The notes under the pieces: model-generated
What the model was told of the DNA's origin: nothing
The model's database searches: none
The model's input: the letters and a program-made list of their open reading frames with translations, nothing else
Translations under genes and position numbers: made by a program
In this document: piece by piece, positions 63,873 to 64,000 of the stretch
Numbering within the stretch: position 1 is the first letter of the stretch
Layout of the letters: each line of letters opens with the position of its first letter
Assembly: GCA_002418205.1 (NCBI GenBank)
Contig: DIDP01000008.1
Coordinates: 129,123-193,122 of the forward strand
Direction: 5' to 3'
From: Anaerolineales bacterium UBA5797
GTDB lineage: Bacteria > Chloroflexota > Anaerolineae > Anaerolineales > Villigracilaceae
DNA length: 64,000 nt

Positions 63873-64000
63873 CCGCCACGCGATTCCGTCCCTTATGTTT
63901 GGCGATATACATCGCCTGATCGGCGCGCGCAATGAGCGTTTCAAATTCCACCGTGTTTGCATCCTTGTGCGCTACGCCAATGCTGACGGTGATATTTATT
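63862..64000 (-). CDS. C-terminal end of a GGDEF-domain protein (partial; 5' part outside the window)
   Basis: Own minus-strand translation: ...INITVSIGVAHKDANTVEFETLIARADQAMYIAKHKGRNRVAVSV*. This shows the SiG and AD.AMY.AK..GRNR blocks of diguanylate cyclases. Stop (rc) at 63862..63864. Not in the ORF track because it is truncated. Confidence 0.65.
   Translation of the reverse strand, partial: INITVSIGVAHKDANTVEFETLIARADQAMYIAKHKGRNRVAVSV

Overview
Densely coding bacterial chromosomal window, moderately GC-rich by eye (not computed). I found no rRNA genes, CRISPR arrays, transposases, integrases or prophage genes. The gene content suggests a Chloroflexota (Anaerolineae-like) genome, which is an inference only: a bacterial Elp3, T-box-controlled pheST, an oversized SecA, several leaderless-type promoters and many lipobox proteins. 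Housekeeping genes: pheS/pheT, secA, acnA, add, miaB, two tRNA-Ser, an htrA-like protease and a cbpA-like J-protein. Signalling genes: a hybrid histidine kinase divergent from a REC/degenerate-GGDEF regulator, and two ECF sigma modules. Metabolic genes: an MIO ammonia-lyase, lysine 2,3-aminomutase, agmatinase plus two GNATs, an HDAC-family amidohydrolase and a PQQ sugar dehydrogenase. A block of secreted proteins and lipoproteins lies at 9.5-15.8 kb. Next to the tRNA-Ser pair (37.4-45.1 kb) is a more AT-rich glycan cluster: four overlapping Wbp-type genes for a 2,3-diacetamido uronic acid sugar, divergent from a large GT-C-like membrane protein, an SDR and a GT2. Best leads: (1) a monocistronic membrane protein built from two tandem TIR-plus-transmembrane modules (46718..48316); (2) Elp3 divergently paired with a Trm9-like methyltransferase (61402..63872); (3) the glycan cluster; (4) families of small palindromic intergenic repeats, two of them inserted in the pheST leader and spacer; (5) a 1.1-kb structured non-coding gap (10377..11480). 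Many start codons were re-picked from RBS context and differ from the longest-ORF track.
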